DNA of 64,000 nt from Mytilus edulis (taxonomy: Eukaryota), in contig NC_092352.1 in NCBI RefSeq assembly GCF_963676685.1, positions 4,588,001-4,652,000 on the forward strand, given 5' to 3'. Made by a program: the position numbers and the translations under genes. The notes under the pieces are model-generated. The model did no database searches and was not told the DNA's origin. It saw only the letters and a list, made by a program, of their open reading frames with translations. Positions 63,864 through 64,000 of the stretch are shown piece after piece (the first letter of the stretch is position 1; each line of letters starts with the position of its first letter).

Positions 63864-64000
63864 TTTAGGTCACAGTACGACCTTCAACAATAAGAAAAGC
63901 CCATACCGCATTAGTCAGCTTTAAGTTTACTTAATCGACACGCCTTTGTGTCGTAGTGTTAGCATATGAAAGAAATTTCACATCGATATAATCTTGATAC

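Overview
This is AT-rich eukaryotic DNA, probably a bivalve such as Mytilus judging from its repeat families (inference). Almost the whole window is one intron-rich minus-strand gene for a polycystin-1-like (PKD1L/REJ-type) receptor. I traced 22 phase-compatible GT-AG exons from 54706 down to 417 (6059 nt, about 2020 codons). The domain order is 3x TSP1, REJ (with a ~326-aa insert), GAIN/GPS, TM1, PLAT, TM2-TM6; the 5' start was not found and the 3' end lies left of the window. The most striking non-coding feature is a hammerhead-ribozyme retrozyme system in the introns. It comprises a 13-unit tandem array of ~357-bp monomers (5966-10635, antisense to the gene) that begins exactly at a ribozyme cleavage site, a related single copy (5572-5933), and a pair of intact ribozymes (1446-1489, 1811-1854) sense to the host pre-mRNA. 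Other notable points are a GPS motif lacking the HL/T cleavage triad but preceded by an RRRR/S furin-type site, and a minisatellite built from an exon's own splice donor. The introns also hold decayed Penelope-like RT copies, a DDE_Tnp_4 transposon, a Helitron, several MITEs and minisatellites. All calls come from reading the sequence by eye; no searches or folding programs were run.
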